Assembly (NCBI RefSeq): GCF_009914755.1
Contig: NC_060940.1
DNA: 64,000 nucleotides
Direction: 5' to 3' (one strand)
Source: the human T2T-CHM13v2.0 reference genome, Homo sapiens
Made by a program: the position numbers and the translations under genes. Positions 14,799 to 38,996 of the stretch are shown piece by piece. The number at the start of each line of letters is the position of its first letter. The stretch's first letter is position 1. The notes below the pieces were generated by a model, which did not search any database, was not told where the DNA came from, and was given only the letters and a program-made list of their open reading frames with translations.

Positions 14799-16627
14799 CA
14801 TATGTCTGTAGGGGCACATGTGTGGTATGTGGTCTGCATGTGTGTGTATGTGTGTGGTACGTTGGCGTGTATGTGGCATGTGTGATATGTGTGTTATGTG
14901 ATGTGTATGTGTATATATGTGTAGGTGTGTGTAGGTATGTGATATGTATGTATTTGTGTGTGGTCTGTGTATACATGTGCAATGTGTGTATATGTGTTTG
15001 ATATCTGTGTGGTGTGTGATTTGTGCATGGTGTGTGTATGCATGTGCTATGTGGTGTGTATACGTGTGTGATATCTGTGTGGTGTGTATGTGTGTATATG
15101 TGTAGGTGGTATGTGACATGTACGTATGTGTGTAGATGTGTGTGTGCATGATGTGTGTAGGTGTGTATTTTATATGTTGTGTTTATGTAAATGGCATGTG
15201 TGGTGTGTGTATGTGTATGACATATGCTGTGTATGTGTGTGTAGGTGTATGCTGTGTATGGTGTGTTTATGTATATGTTTATATATGTGTGGCATGTTGT
15301 GTGTGGAATGTGTGTGTTATGTGTGTGGTGTGTGTGGCATGTGTGCTATGTGGTGTGTATGTGTGGTGTGTGTGGCATGTGCTGTGTGTGTGTGGTGTAT
15401 GTGTTTATGTGTGTGGGTATGTGTGGTGTGTATGTATGTGAAAGTGTGTGTTGTGTGTGCTATGTGGTGTATATATGTGTGTGGCATGTGCTGTGTGTGT
15501 GTGTGTATGTGTTTATGTGTGGTGTGTTATCTGTGGTGTGTGTGACGTATGTGTGAAATGTGTAAATGTTGTGTCTGCTATGTGGTGTGTATATGCGTAT
15601 GTGTGGTATGTGTGTGGCATATGTGTTTATGTGTGGTATGTGTGTTGTGTGTGTGGCATGTGGTATGTGTGAAATGTGTGAGTGTTGTGTGTGGTGTGTA
15701 TGTGTGGTATGTGTGGTGCATATGTGTGTATGTGGCGTGTGTGTGAAATGTGTGAATGTGTGTGCTATGTGGTGTGTATATGTGTATGTGTGGTATGTGT
15801 GTGGCATATGTGTTTATGTGTGGTATGTGTGTTGTGTGTGTTGTGTGTGTGGCATGTGGTATGTGTGAAATGTGTGAGTGTCGTGTGGTGTGTATATGTG
15901 TATGTGTGGTATGTGTGTGGTGTGTATGTGGCATGTGGTATGTGTGAAATGTGTGTCTGTTGTGTGTGCTATGTGGTGTGTATATGTGTATGTGTGGCAT
16001 GTGCTGTGTATGTGATTGTGTTTATGTGTGTGTGAGGTATGTGTGTTGTGTGTGGTGTATGTGTGGCATGTGGTATGTGTGAAATGTGTGAGTGTTGTGT
16101 GTGCTGTGTGGTATGTATATGTGTGTGTGGTATGTGTGTGGGGTGTATGTGGCATGTGGTGTGTGTGAAATGTGTGTGTGTTGTGTGTGTGCTATGTGGT
16201 GTGTATATGTGTGTGGCATGTGTTGTGTATGTGTGGTGTATGTGTTTATGTGTGGTATGTGTGAAATGTGTGTGCTATGTGGTGTGTATATGTGTATGTG
16301 CGGTATGTGTGTGGCATGTGCTTTGTATGTGTGTGATGTATGTATGTGTGTGTGTAGTATGTGTGTTATGTGTGGTGTGTATATGTGTGGTATGTGTGTG
16401 GCATGTGCCGTGTATGTGTGTGATGTGTGTTTATGTTTGTGGTATGGGTGTTGTGTGTCATGCGTGTGGCACGTGCTGTGTATGTGTGTAGGGTGTGGTG
16501 TATGTGTGGTGTGTGGCATGTGGTGTGTGTGGAATGTGTGTGTTCTATGTGCTATGTGTGTGTATATGTATGCCTGTGGTATGTGTGGTGTGTGCATGTG
16601 TGTGGCATGTGCTGTGTATGTGTGTGT
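14761..16627 (+). repeat. ~1.9 kb TG-rich complex repeat starting with pure (TG)17
   Basis: Read directly; recurring GTGGCATGTGGTATGTGTGAAATGTGTG blocks. Confidence 0.97.
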
Positions 16628-17954
16628 GCTTGTGTTTACAACACAGACACCCCCACCTGAGTTTGGTGCAAGCAGCACCTTGTAAGAAAGCAATTCTGAC
16701 AGTCACTGCCACAGTGGCTGCCTTGCCTGGAGCCGGCCGAGTGGAGGCGGAGGCAGGGGCTTAACACCTGGGCTTCCATCATGAGCGAAGCTGGTGCTGG
16801 CTGTTATCATTTGCAGATGAAACAACTGGGGCAGAGTGGTCACTTGCGAAGGATGGCCCGCCGGCCAGGACAGAGCTAGGGCTCAGGCTAGCAGCCTCAC
16901 GGTGCCTCTCACCAAGCCTGGCCAGGCTAAGGGTTTTGGCACCGAAAACAGGGAGCGCAGAAGTGCCAGGGGACAAAGCACTTTCATGCCTCATTTAGCC
17001 CTGGTGACATGCTTTAAAATCAATAGGTCATTTTCCTCACCTGGCCGAGGGGGAAATCAGGCCCTGGGGGAGGCCAGCAGATACCAGCAGGGCTAGGACT
17101 TGAACCAAGCTCTCCCGATCCCAAATCCCACTGCCCCGTCCCCTCCAGAGCAGCTGTGGGTCAAGGCTGGGTCTGGATGATGACTCTGGCGAGGAGGGTC
17201 AAGTGGACCAGGTTCCTGAAGCCGCACAGCTGTGGCTGGTGTCCCGGATGCTGACGCCTGTTGAGACCTGCTGGTGGCTGGGGTTTCATGTCCTCATTTC
17301 ACTTGGCCCTCACAACAATCTTGCAAGTAGAACATTCTTCCCCTTTTACAGATGAAGAAACTGAGGTTTAGAGCAGCCGCTTGCCCAGCGTAGACAGCGA
17401 GAAGGACAGGTCCAGTTCTGCTTGATGATGAAGCCTGTGTCTTCTCTGCTGTGTGATCCTAATCACGTTGGGAGGTTCCTGAGGAAGCAGAGGATTTTGC
17501 CCTTGCATTTGAGCCACAGCAGCTCTAGTAAGTACGTGTGTGTGCATATGTAGGTCCTGTGTTCCTACTGATACTAATACGTACAAATTGCATATTAATA
17601 TATATTAACATGTATTACTATATAATAATACATATCTGAAAGCTGGCTTCAGCTTAAGACTTTGTTTGAGAGTGGTTTGAGGGTTAACACTTTTTTAACC
17701 TGCTGGTCCACCTGTCGTACATATGATATCTTGCACATATTTGAGTCTTGGCATGCCTGCTTCTTTTGTCTTACCCAGGGATGGCTCCTCACTAGGAGGC
17801 TGGCACAGAACCATTGGAACGACCACTGGTGTAAGACACAGTAAAGCCCACCTGTGTATTCCTGTGGAAGCTGGCCATGACAATACACATAGACCAGAGG
17901 CTTAATTAAATTCTCAGCTCCTTGAGAGCAGGAGTCAGGGCTGAGGCTGATTAA

Positions 17955-18653
<699 letters not shown>

Positions 18654-19359
18654 GTTCTGGCTTCTTACATACATTTTTACAATGCTTCTCCCAAACAGAA
18701 ACATTTTCTTCTATAAAGATTATGGTACTACGTTAATTTCTCCAAAGAGTGGGCTATGTCATCTACGAATTATGGTTTGTCATGTATAACTATGGTTTTA
18801 CCCAAATGCTTGTAAAGTGGAATTTTCCCAAAATATTGTTAATATTTTCTTATAACATGGCATTCATCTCAGGAAGGGAAAGACTTGAACTGGAAGAGAA
18901 TTCAGCAGTCATCCAGATTAACTCTTTAATTAGCAAATAAGGAAGGTAAAGTTCAACATGTCAGAGGGACTTCCAGGGGTCAACCGGCAAATCCACTTAG
19001 TAACCTATATTTGGGAACCGGTTGCTGGTGCAGAAAATAACTGATCGATTCACAATATCTTCAGATTCTGGATCAATTATATGCTTGGCCAAATTTTTCT
19101 TCAATAGATGTGAGAACATTTTTCAGTAACGTGTTCTGTTCACTATCCATCCAAGCTTCTGTCATTAGATAAGACTTCACCCATGTAACCTGCTACCTAG
19201 ACACGCTCGGAGGGCCGGGGCTGGGTGTGCTTGCTCAGGGTGGCTAGTATATACATTTGTTGAATGAATGGCTGATGGAACTTGAATTGAATCACAGTAT
19301 ATTACTTTCTCATTTATTCCAATGGTCCACTTAGTATAGATCCTGCACTATCCTGTTTA

Positions 19360-20920
19360 GTTGCTTCTGGGTTTTAGTGATAAATGCCTTTGGTTGCAAT
19401 TAACAGTGACATAAACATATGGAGGGTTATTTTCCCACAGAACAAGAAGTCCAGAGATGGGCAGTTGCTAACGCTGCACCAGCAATGATGCTCAGTTATG
19501 TTGGAACAGCAGCCACAATTCTCTTGGCTTTTCCTCATGGTAGCAGTATGACTGCCATAGCTCCAAGCATCGCATCCTGCATTCAGTGCAAGAAAAAGGG
19601 AGTAAGGGATGAAACCAGCAGATGAGGAAAAGCAAATGCTTCTTTTTCCCCCAGAGAAACCCTCTAATAGATTTCTGCTTCAATCTCATTTGCCAACACT
19701 GTACCAATGGCCACCCATAGCTGCAAAGGAGATGAGGAAGGACAGTGGGCAGGATCTGACCAGAGTCTTTGCGATTGAGCTTGCTCTCTTATGCCTCTGC
19801 CATCACCCACAGAGAAACATGCCAAGTTAGCCGTCTGGTCCCACGAGAAACATGGGAAACGGGGATCAGAGCCATCCTAGCCGAACTCAGCCCAGATCAG
19901 CAGGCCTTAGTGGACCCCAAGATAGGTAAGTCCAGAGCTGCCCAATTGAACCCAGTCTAGATCAGCTGACCCTCAGCCTCCTCTGCTGCAGGTGTGTGAG
20001 AATTAATGAGTATTGTTTGTCAATGATTTCTTATTCGGTATGTTTGTAGCCATGGTTAATGGATACAGAAGGCAAACTTCATTGTTTACCATGGGGTCAG
20101 TATCAGAGCACTTATTAAGGCAGACACTGGGGCATAGGAAAGAGGATCAAGGCACAGTGTCTCCCCTGAGGAATTTATGTCCCCAGCTGGCGAGCATGAC
20201 GCGTACGTGAGTAAATGAAGCCCCAGCATCATGTTGCTTTACTGTGACATTTCTTGTGTCATCATCTCCTCGACAACAGAAGCTACTGTGTGCCTGGCAT
20301 CATGTTAGGCTTTTTACACATTTAATCCTCAACACAGCCCTGCCCCAGGTAGGGTGCGTTGGGCTGCACACATCAGAAAATACAACTCAAAGGGCCTAAG
20401 CCATTGTCAAGAAGTCCTGAGGTCTGAGGCTCTCCAGAGTTGGTTGACTCATTAACTCAAGGACACCACTGAGGACCCAAGCTCTTTCCGTCTATACATT
20501 CTGCCCTCCTAGCGTGTCGGCCTCAGCCTCAGCCTGGCTGTCCTCATACACTCAAGTGGCTGCAGCCATTCCAGCCAGCAGCCAGTAGCAGAAGAAAGAC
20601 TATAAAGGCAAAAAAATACCTTTCCCCGAAGCCCCTCTGCAGACTCTCATTGGCCGGATTGTCTCACTTGGCCATGGTTAAACCACCCAGGAGAATACAG
20701 TCACCATGGCCACCCTTGAACAGTTAGACTATGCCTTCTGGGGCTGGAGCCAGGCTCCTCTGAAGGCCATGGCTGTGCAAAGAGTGTGAGTGCCAGAACA
20801 CAATGAGAGTTCTATCTGTAAATGAGGCTAGTACGGCTCAGAGAGGTTATATAACTTGTGTGAGGTCACACCTGGTAAGCTATAGTGCCGGGTTTCCAAC
20901 CTGGATCTGTCTGACTCCAG
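19360..20920. mobile_element. Cluster of old MLT1 LTR and MIR fragments
   Basis: TTGGTTGCAATTAACAG, GGCCACCCATAGCTGCAAGG, GACTCTCATTGGCC, GAGGTCACACCTGGTAAG motifs. Confidence 0.6.
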
Positions 20921-21844
20921 ATCTCCCCTAGACCTCGGCTGCTTTCCACAGGGTGGTGGGCCGAGGCTGCTGTCATCCCGGGCTGCTGCTACCCTGCTGC
21001 TCCCGCACTCTTTGTGGTCATCCTCCTGCATTACAGCCCATTTTCAATCACGTAGGTGCTCAGTAATCACTCATTTTTCAACTGGGCAGATACATTCACA
21101 GTCCCGGATCATCACATGGACTCATTCCAGCAATGTTGTCTGCAGGCCAGGTCTGCCAGATGAATCCCCGCCCCACCGGCAACGGATTCCGCAGCCCGTG
21201 GACACACTTTCTTCCTTCCCGTTCACGTGGCTATTTCTCTGAGAACCAGCAGCAGTGCTAGGAGGAGGGAAGGAAGTTATTGACTCTGTCACTCATTAGC
21301 ATCTCCGAGGAAGTGTGACCAGGAGGAGGCTGGAGAGGCTGTCTATCCGTGGTTTCCTGCTGTTGAACCCATGGCTGGCCCTGACGGAGGACACCTGCGG
21401 AATAGGCACGTTGTCCACAACATTCTCAATCCTCAGCGTTCACTTGGATCTTGTGCCGTGATTATCACTCGCATGAACACTAGCTTCCGCCCTGCCTTGG
21501 CCCCGAGCAGACTGCGCTGGAATGCTCCTCACCCTGTCAGCTTATTAATGGTTAGCAGCTCTTAATAAGTGAGAGCATTGGAAAAGGCTAGCGCTTTGGA
21601 AACCTGATTTCTGTACTTCCTATCTGTGTGGGCTTGGGTGTGCCTTACTCCGTCTGTGCCTTGGTTTTCTCACTGTGTAATGCGTAATGCCTTGCAGCAT
21701 TGCTGTGTGGCTCGAGGACCATGAATATTGAGGATCCAGCGCATTGTAGGCACCCAAGAGCGGTGGACACTGATACCATTATCAATGGACTTGGGCCAGT
21801 AAAACAGGGAGGAAGTCAAGGCTCCTAAGTGAAACCATTGAGTT

Positions 21845-22252
<408 letters not shown>

Positions 22253-22383
22253 TAGCATACACTGAAGCAGGGGTTGACATTTTTCTATGAGGACAGGCTT
22301 CAAAGTCTTTCGAGCTTCCTTGCTTTGTCCAGGGAACTGGGAAAGAAAAATTTAAGGGATTTATGCTGCCTTCTGGGTAGGAG

Positions 22384-26593
<4,210 letters not shown>

Positions 26594-27046
26594 GTGGGTA
26601 CACAGCAAGCCAATGATGGGGGTAATTAAGTTAGCATTAAATATCCCACGTGTTCTATGTTCTAGAGCAGTGATCATGCCCCTGGGGTGTGAGGTGATCC
26701 ACTGAGGACCAGGAAGAAGAGATGAGATTATTGCTTAAGATTAAGCAAGAAATCAGGTTTTATGAATATTGACTCTGAGCTGACACTGGCTCTCTGTACC
26801 CATGACAGTCTAGTCAGAAAAACAGAAAACGCACTGGTTAGTTTAGCAGAGAGAATTTAATATTGGGCATTGGTGGAATGAGGAATGGAGGACTAAAGAG
26901 GCAGAAGGGGGACCTGAGGTCACAGGCAGGGACACCCCTCAGGCTTGGTGGCACTGCGGTGGTGGCTTCTCAGCTGTCACCCAAGGGAACCTTGCAGGAT
27001 GAATGGGAGTTTCACGGTGAAGTCCCATCTGACAGTTTGTTAGCTC

Positions 27047-28612
<1,566 letters not shown>

Positions 28613-29959
28613 TCAGATTAAACAATGATTATAGATGTTTTATGAAATCAATCAAGAAAGTTCATAAAGAGGATGACCACAATTTTTTTTCTGTCTGCAA
28701 GATCCGTATTTGTTGTTCTGTGCCACACTAATGATTACATAACAATTATATAATGTATATATCCAGGCCTTGATAATTGCCATTGTCTACAAGTTGCTCT
28801 AGAAGTCCAAAGGGAAAATGAGCCTGAGAAAGTCCAATAGGGCTTCACAGAAAAGGTGGCATTTAATCTAGGCCTTGCTTGGAGCTGGAGAGTTCCACAT
28901 GGCTAGGGAGGCCTCACAGTCGTGGTGGAAGGTGACAGGCACGTCTTAATTAATGAAGCTTTAAATGTTTTTTCATTGGGGCCAGGCATGGCAGCTCACA
29001 CCTACAATCTCAGCACTTTAGGATTACTTTTTTTTTTTTTTTTTTTTTTTTAAGCAGAGGGTCTGTAACTTTCACCAGATTCTTAAGGAGACTGTGACCT
29101 GGGAGAGTTTTAAGAGTGGGAAAGCTGTAAGGCCACGCTCAGGCTGGATTCCAGCCGTGGGACCCCTCGCTTCACTTCTCTGAGCCTCAACTTCCTCATC
29201 TGTGCAATGGGGCAGCCTCGTGGACATGCAGGATTGCAGTTCTGGACATGCAGAGCCTGGCATCCAGAGGAGCCCAGCGCCCGCCAACTGCAGCACCCAG
29301 CACCAGCAACCCCAGGGTTGGGGGCTGACTCCATTCTTCTCCCCAGGGCTACACCAGCTCTAGCTTCCTGGCCGTCAGTTTCCCCAGCAACTTCATTTTG
29401 TTTATTTGCAATGGCTTATTGGGGTCTCCTGGAGAAAAGATTCTCAGCTGAGTTCCAGAAAATGAACACGCTCTCCCCGTGCTCGGAGAGCTCCCAGCTG
29501 TTCTCTTGGCTGGCCGGCTCAGAAGAAATGATGTTAGGAATGTTTATCTCGGAGGAAGCGGAAGAGCTCCTTTCAGCAAAATAAGAATGAACCACAAAAC
29601 AGGGTGCAGGGGGCCTTGTCAAGGCATCATAGCGTGGTGCCATGGGAACATCCCCTTCCTTTGTCCTGCCTCAGCTGACAGTGCCTCGGAGATGCCCTGA
29701 GCTACGTCAGCCCGGCTGGCATCCAAGGGGTTCCTTATTGGCTCACAAGACACGTTGCTTTTTCAGGACCAGAGAGACTTGGAGGTCCTCACCTGCAGCC
29801 CTGGGCCTTTGTTTAGGCTGTGCTGTGAGGCTGGCTCTCTGTGGTCAGCATCTCAGCGTCCCTGCCTGGCCAGCAAAGGGGTGACATTTTCCTTGGGTGC
29901 CCTCTTGCAACATGGCGTTAAATTCTCAAAAAGGTGCAAACCCTTAGGGTGAAGTTTGT

Positions 29960-30170
29960 GTCTAGAATATAATGGTTAAGGGCCTCGGTTCTGGAGTCAG
30001 AATGACCAGGGTTTGGGTTCCGGCTCCATTGCTTTATAGCTGCCTGAGCCTCCGTTTCCCAGTGTGTGGAACAGCTGGTAACCAGCATTCCTACTCCCAT
30101 GGGTGTTGGAGACATGAATGAGATCGTCATTACAAAGCGTTCAGCACAGGTTAAGTGCTGATAGGTGGAA
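29960..30170 (+). mobile_element. Near full-length MIR
   Basis: ATGGTTAAGGGC..GGAGTCAGA..GGGTT..CTGAGCCTCCGTTTCCC..AAAGCGTTCAGCACAG. Confidence 0.75.
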
Positions 30171-33100
30171 AGGAGATAATCAGTGGTAGCGATTATTATT
30201 TTAGTTGTCTACTTATAAAATCAGAAAATCGGAAATAGAAAAATACAAAGAAGAAAACTAAAAGTGCATGTAGCCCCATGGCCCGGCAATCCGCGCCGCT
30301 GGCCTTTTGTTAGCTGTCCTTCCTGGTTTTTTCCTGTGGGTGTGTATGCATGTATATTTCATAGGATCTGGTCATTGTTGAATGAGGATAGTTTATGTAT
30401 GTATAGACATGTTAGTTTTTTCTTAATACCAGGCATAATGTATCTTAACCCACTTTTTTAAAACTTAAAAATACATGGAGAACACATTCTCCAAATCATT
30501 ACATTTTACCATATTGCATATTTTTTCACTTTGTAATGTTTCGAAGTAAGGATGTGTTTTAGAATCAATGTCGAAAGAAACGTGCCAGCTATTTCTTCTT
30601 TTTCCCCCCAAAAATGGGGGTTATGATGACACTGGTAATACAAATAACAAATGATGGCTTCTCAGATTCAAAGAAACACAGCAGCCTAAAAGATCCTTCT
30701 TAATTTCCACAAAGGATTCCTCAGTGCCAGTGTTGTCATTAGCTCAATTGACCTCTATTTTTGGACATTTTGGCTCCTTCGGTTTTTTTTTTCACTATTA
30801 CCCACCATGCCGCACAATAGAGTCTGCAGGGAACGCAATTCGATGGGCCAACGCGCCCTGAGGGATGGAGGCGGGGTGGAAGGTGGAGGGACCTGAGATT
30901 TTCTGTCAAGGTCATGGCCAGCCTGTGCTGGCCTTGTAGGGAGAAAGATAGGGGATAAGTACCCCAGCCTCCCTCCCCGCCCTCTCTCACATCTCATGCC
31001 AGGGCTCCCCCAGCGGGAAGCAGAGAGGGTGAGGAAGGGCGAGGGTATGGTTCTCAGGCCAGCCCCTGGGCAGGGAGAGAGTGACCCTGGTTGGGCAGCC
31101 CTGTGGCCCAGCACACCAGCCCTGTGGAGCTGAGATGCCGGCTTTAGATGGGGGGACTTACAACACGGGCTTTCCCTTCCCCAGTGGAACAGAAGGCGCC
31201 GGCGAGAGGCCCTCCTTGTCAGCGCCAGGGACAGATTGCTCAAGAATCTGCGTGCTCCAAGGCACAAGAGGGGTGCTGTCTCCTTTTCTGGAGTTCCGTC
31301 TCATGCCTACGTTTCGGGTAGGATGCTATTTTTAAGTGACTGGCACCGTGGATCAGTACACTTGGAGGGAGGAGAGGGGATGCCACACATAGCAGGGGTG
31401 GGTGCTGCGAGCAGGGGTGGGGAGAGGAAAGGGGGCTGCGTTCGAGCCACTCTGACAATGAGGCTGAGGGCTGGCTGGCTGTCACACCCACGGCCGACAT
31501 TAATCACATCCTGCCTGGCACTCCCCAGCAGCTCTGACACATGTGGCCGCACCCCACTTCTGGAAAGCTCCCCGCTCAGGCTCTGCAGAGCGTTTCTCGC
31601 GACACTTCCCGTGCTGGATCCGTGCCGCCAGCATGGATTCCTTCAGCCTGGCTCCGGCCTGGGGTGGGCTCTGAGCCGCCATGGGACTAGGCAGAACACG
31701 CTGTGTGCAATGCAAGGCTGAGCACGCTGGGCCCCTTCGGGATGCTGGCGGTTACATGGGCAGTGGGACGGGTGGAGTGACACGGAACATGCCTCAGTTG
31801 CTTCTCCAGCTAGGGTTTTGGGGTTGCAAGCAAGAGAACCTGGCTCTTGCTAACCATGTTGGGGCTGGAGGCAAGGGTTTACCGGTAGGACCTGAGCTAG
31901 CTACAGAGTGGAGAGGTAAGATGAGAGCCAGCCCACAGGAAGGCCGGAGTGAAACAGCGTTGGGGGCCTGAAAGATGGGGACTAACAAGCAGCCTCTGGC
32001 TGGGAGGTTCTTCCGGGATCAATTTGCTCCATGCTACAGAGGGGACTTGCTCAGGGCGACGTGGCTAATTGGAGGCACGGACAATCTCCGAACTCAGACC
32101 TCTGACGGATGCCGTCCTCTGACCAGCCTAAAGCTGCCGGGGTCCTCCCAGCTCAGGGACGCTGTCCTCACAGGAATGCCTAATGGGGCTTCCTCCCTGC
32201 CCATCCCAACCCCTGGGGCCACACATTGCTTATTTTGGATTACACCGGGCAGCCTGTGCCCCGGTCAGAGGCAGGGAGAGCTTGGGCAGGACTGGGGAGT
32301 GTGACTCATTTCTGTCTACCCAGCCAAGCACCAAAGGCGATGCTGGCAAGCGGGAGACGGTCCACAGCCACTCACCAGCAGCCAGAAGCCAGGCTCAGGA
32401 CAGCCAGGCCTCAGCTTACACAGAGGCCACCAAAGAATGGCCCGGCAGGATGCCAAACCTCGTTTATCTGAGCGGAGCAAGGCCGCCTGGTCAGTGTCCA
32501 CTCCACACCCAGGCCCTCCTCTCTTTGCTGCGGCCACAGCAGACACGCCAGCTGCCCCATCGCTGCACAATGCCAAGCCTCCGTCCACCTCGCCCTGAAC
32601 GCCCTTCCCCCGTGTCCCTCCTATCTCCGTGAACGTGGCATGAGAGAATTCACGCTCTGCAGTCAGAAATCCAATGCCTGGTGTCACAACTTCCCAGCTA
32701 TAGATCTTGGGCGAGTTGCATCCCTTCTCTCTGCCTCAGTTTCCTCCTTTGTAAAATGGGGATAAGACCTTCTTTGCAGGGTTTGACAGCCAGGAATCAG
32801 GTGTGCAAAAGTGGAGGTGTGGTTCATCACAGGGGCCTGCTGTGGTGGCTGTCCTTCTCCTAATAGCCACATTCCCCGGACCCAGCTGGGAGGAATGTGC
32901 CAACCCCCGGTTTGCTCTCCCTCTTCCTGTCTCAGTGATCCAGGCCATAAAAATGGCTCCTCCCAGATGCTGTAAGATAGAAGCTGCATTGCCCTCGTGG
33001 CAGGAAGGGGACATTTGGGCTACTTCAAACCAAACCAAACAAAAAACTCACTGTCATCAATTCTTGCCTTCTAAAGGGAGGGGCACATTTCATCTTGGGG

Positions 33101-33219
33101 ATGCTGGCCTGGGGATTCCAGCTAGCCAAGAGCAGAGGAAACATCATTTCCAAGCACCAGCTAGTGCTCTGTGCTGCTAGAAGTCCCAGAGTATCCTGTC
33201 CTGGCTCAGTTGAGCCCCT

Positions 33220-36478
<3,259 letters not shown>

Positions 36479-36664
36479 GCCACGTCTAGCTGCAAGAGAG
36501 GCTGGCAATGCAGCTTTTAGCGCTTGATCCTGTGCCCCATGGAAACTCAAGGGCTCTAATGCTAAAGGAAGAATGAGAGGATGGATATTGGATGAAAACT
36601 GGTGGACTCAGCCTAAGACACTCGAAGCTGAAGAGCTGGCAGTGCCCTAATGATAGCCCCTGTG

Positions 36665-37585
<921 letters not shown>

Positions 37586-37959
37586 GCTATTTTGATGATA
37601 ACATCATTAATAGAATATACATACTCTATTAATAAAATTATTAATATAATAGAATATAGAGTGTTTAAATTCATATATATTCATTTGAATAGTTCCAGGA
37701 CTATGGTAAGAACTCAGTAAATGTCAGCCATTATTCCTATCACCAAGTGCCCCCAGCATGTAGGAAGTGGCTCATTTACCTGGAGCTAAAGGAATACCCA
37801 GGGCGGGGTCAGTTTCTTAAACCACCCACCTGTAGGTGAGGCAAAGAGCCTGGCAGGTTCTTCCTCCACCCTACACACCCTCAGGTTCTAAACATCAACT
37901 CTGCAGTTGCTGCCTAGATGGAAGGAGAGTGGGGCAGGTGGAGATCGCTCTCCCACCTG

Positions 37960-38549
37960 TAGGTTAGGGTTAGGTTAGGGTTCGGGCTTAGGGTTAGGGT
38001 TAGGGTTTAGAGTTAGGGTTAGGGTTAGGCTTAGGGTTAGTGTTAGGGTTTAGGTTTATTGTTAAGGTTAGGTTTTAGGGTTCGGGTTAGGGTTTAGGTT
38101 TAGGAGTTAGATTTAGGGTTAGTGTTAGGGTTAGGGTTTAGGTTTTGGCTTAGGTTTATGGTTTAGTGGCAGGGTTAGAGTTTTGGGTTAGGGTTAGTGT
38201 TTAGGGTTAGGGTTAGAGTTAGGTTTTAGGGGTAGGTTTACTGTTTCAGGCTAGGGTTAGGGTTCGTGTTAGGGTCTGAGATGGGGTTAGGGTTATGATT
38301 AGGATTATGGGTTATGGCTTTGGGTTATGGTTAGGTTTCTGGGTTAGGGTTGGATTAGTGTTTAGGTTAAGGGATAGGTTATGGTTTAGGGTTAGCTTTA
38401 GCTTTTTGGGTTAGCATTTGGGTTTAGTGTTAGGGTTAAGGTTAGGGTTAATTGTTAAGGTCATGAGTTAGGGTTAGAGTTAAGGTTAGTCTTTAGGGTT
38501 ACGATTAGGGTTAGGGTTAGGGTTAGGATTAGGGTTAGTGTTAAGATTA
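37960..38549 (+). repeat. Degenerate interstitial telomeric sequence (TTAGGG)n
   Basis: ~590 bp of TTAGGG mixed with TTTAGGG, TTAGG, TTAGTG, TTAGAG, TTCGGG and TTATGG variants. Confidence 0.95.
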
Positions 38550-38565
38550 CTTTTCCTGTGATCCC

Positions 38566-38996
38566 AGTATTGGTTTTCTGTGGCTGCATAGCAAATGTCC
38601 ATCTGCTAAGTCACTTAAAAGAATAAACACTTATTCTCCCACAGTGCTGCAGGACACAAGTGTGGCGTTAGCAGGACCATGCTCTCTCCTAAGGCTCTGT
38701 GGCCAGGACCTTCGTAGCCTCTCCCAGCTTCTGTGGGCTTTGGGCATTCCTGGGCTTTCCTTGTTTCATAGACACATCACTCCCAACTCTTCCTCCATCT
38801 TCATGCACCTTCCCCTCTGTGTGTCTCTGTGTCCTCTTCTCTTCTTTTCACAACACTGTTGTTGTATTTAAGCCCCATCCTATTCCAATGGAACCTCATT
38901 TTTAACTAACTACACCTGCAAAGACCCTATTTCCAAATGAGGCAACATTCTGAGGTTTCAGGTGGACATGCATTTTTGGGGAATATCTTTCAGCCC
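38566..38996 (-). mobile_element. MLT1 solo LTR
   Basis: CACCTGCAAAGACCCTATTTCCAAATGAGGCAACATTCTGAGGT. Confidence 0.85.

Noticed and set aside
14656-16764. Many Cys/Val- or His/Thr-rich ORFs
   Set aside because: Translations of TG/CA repeats; the same applies at 63093-63972
17640-17900. Possible processed pseudogene fragment
   Set aside because: No recognisable protein similarity, poly-A tail or TSD; a glucocorticoid receptor pseudogene recalled near this locus could not be matched anywhere in the window
37960-38549. ITS as an ancestral chromosome fusion site
   Set aside because: Single orientation only; no head-to-head CCCTAA block or subtelomeric repeats
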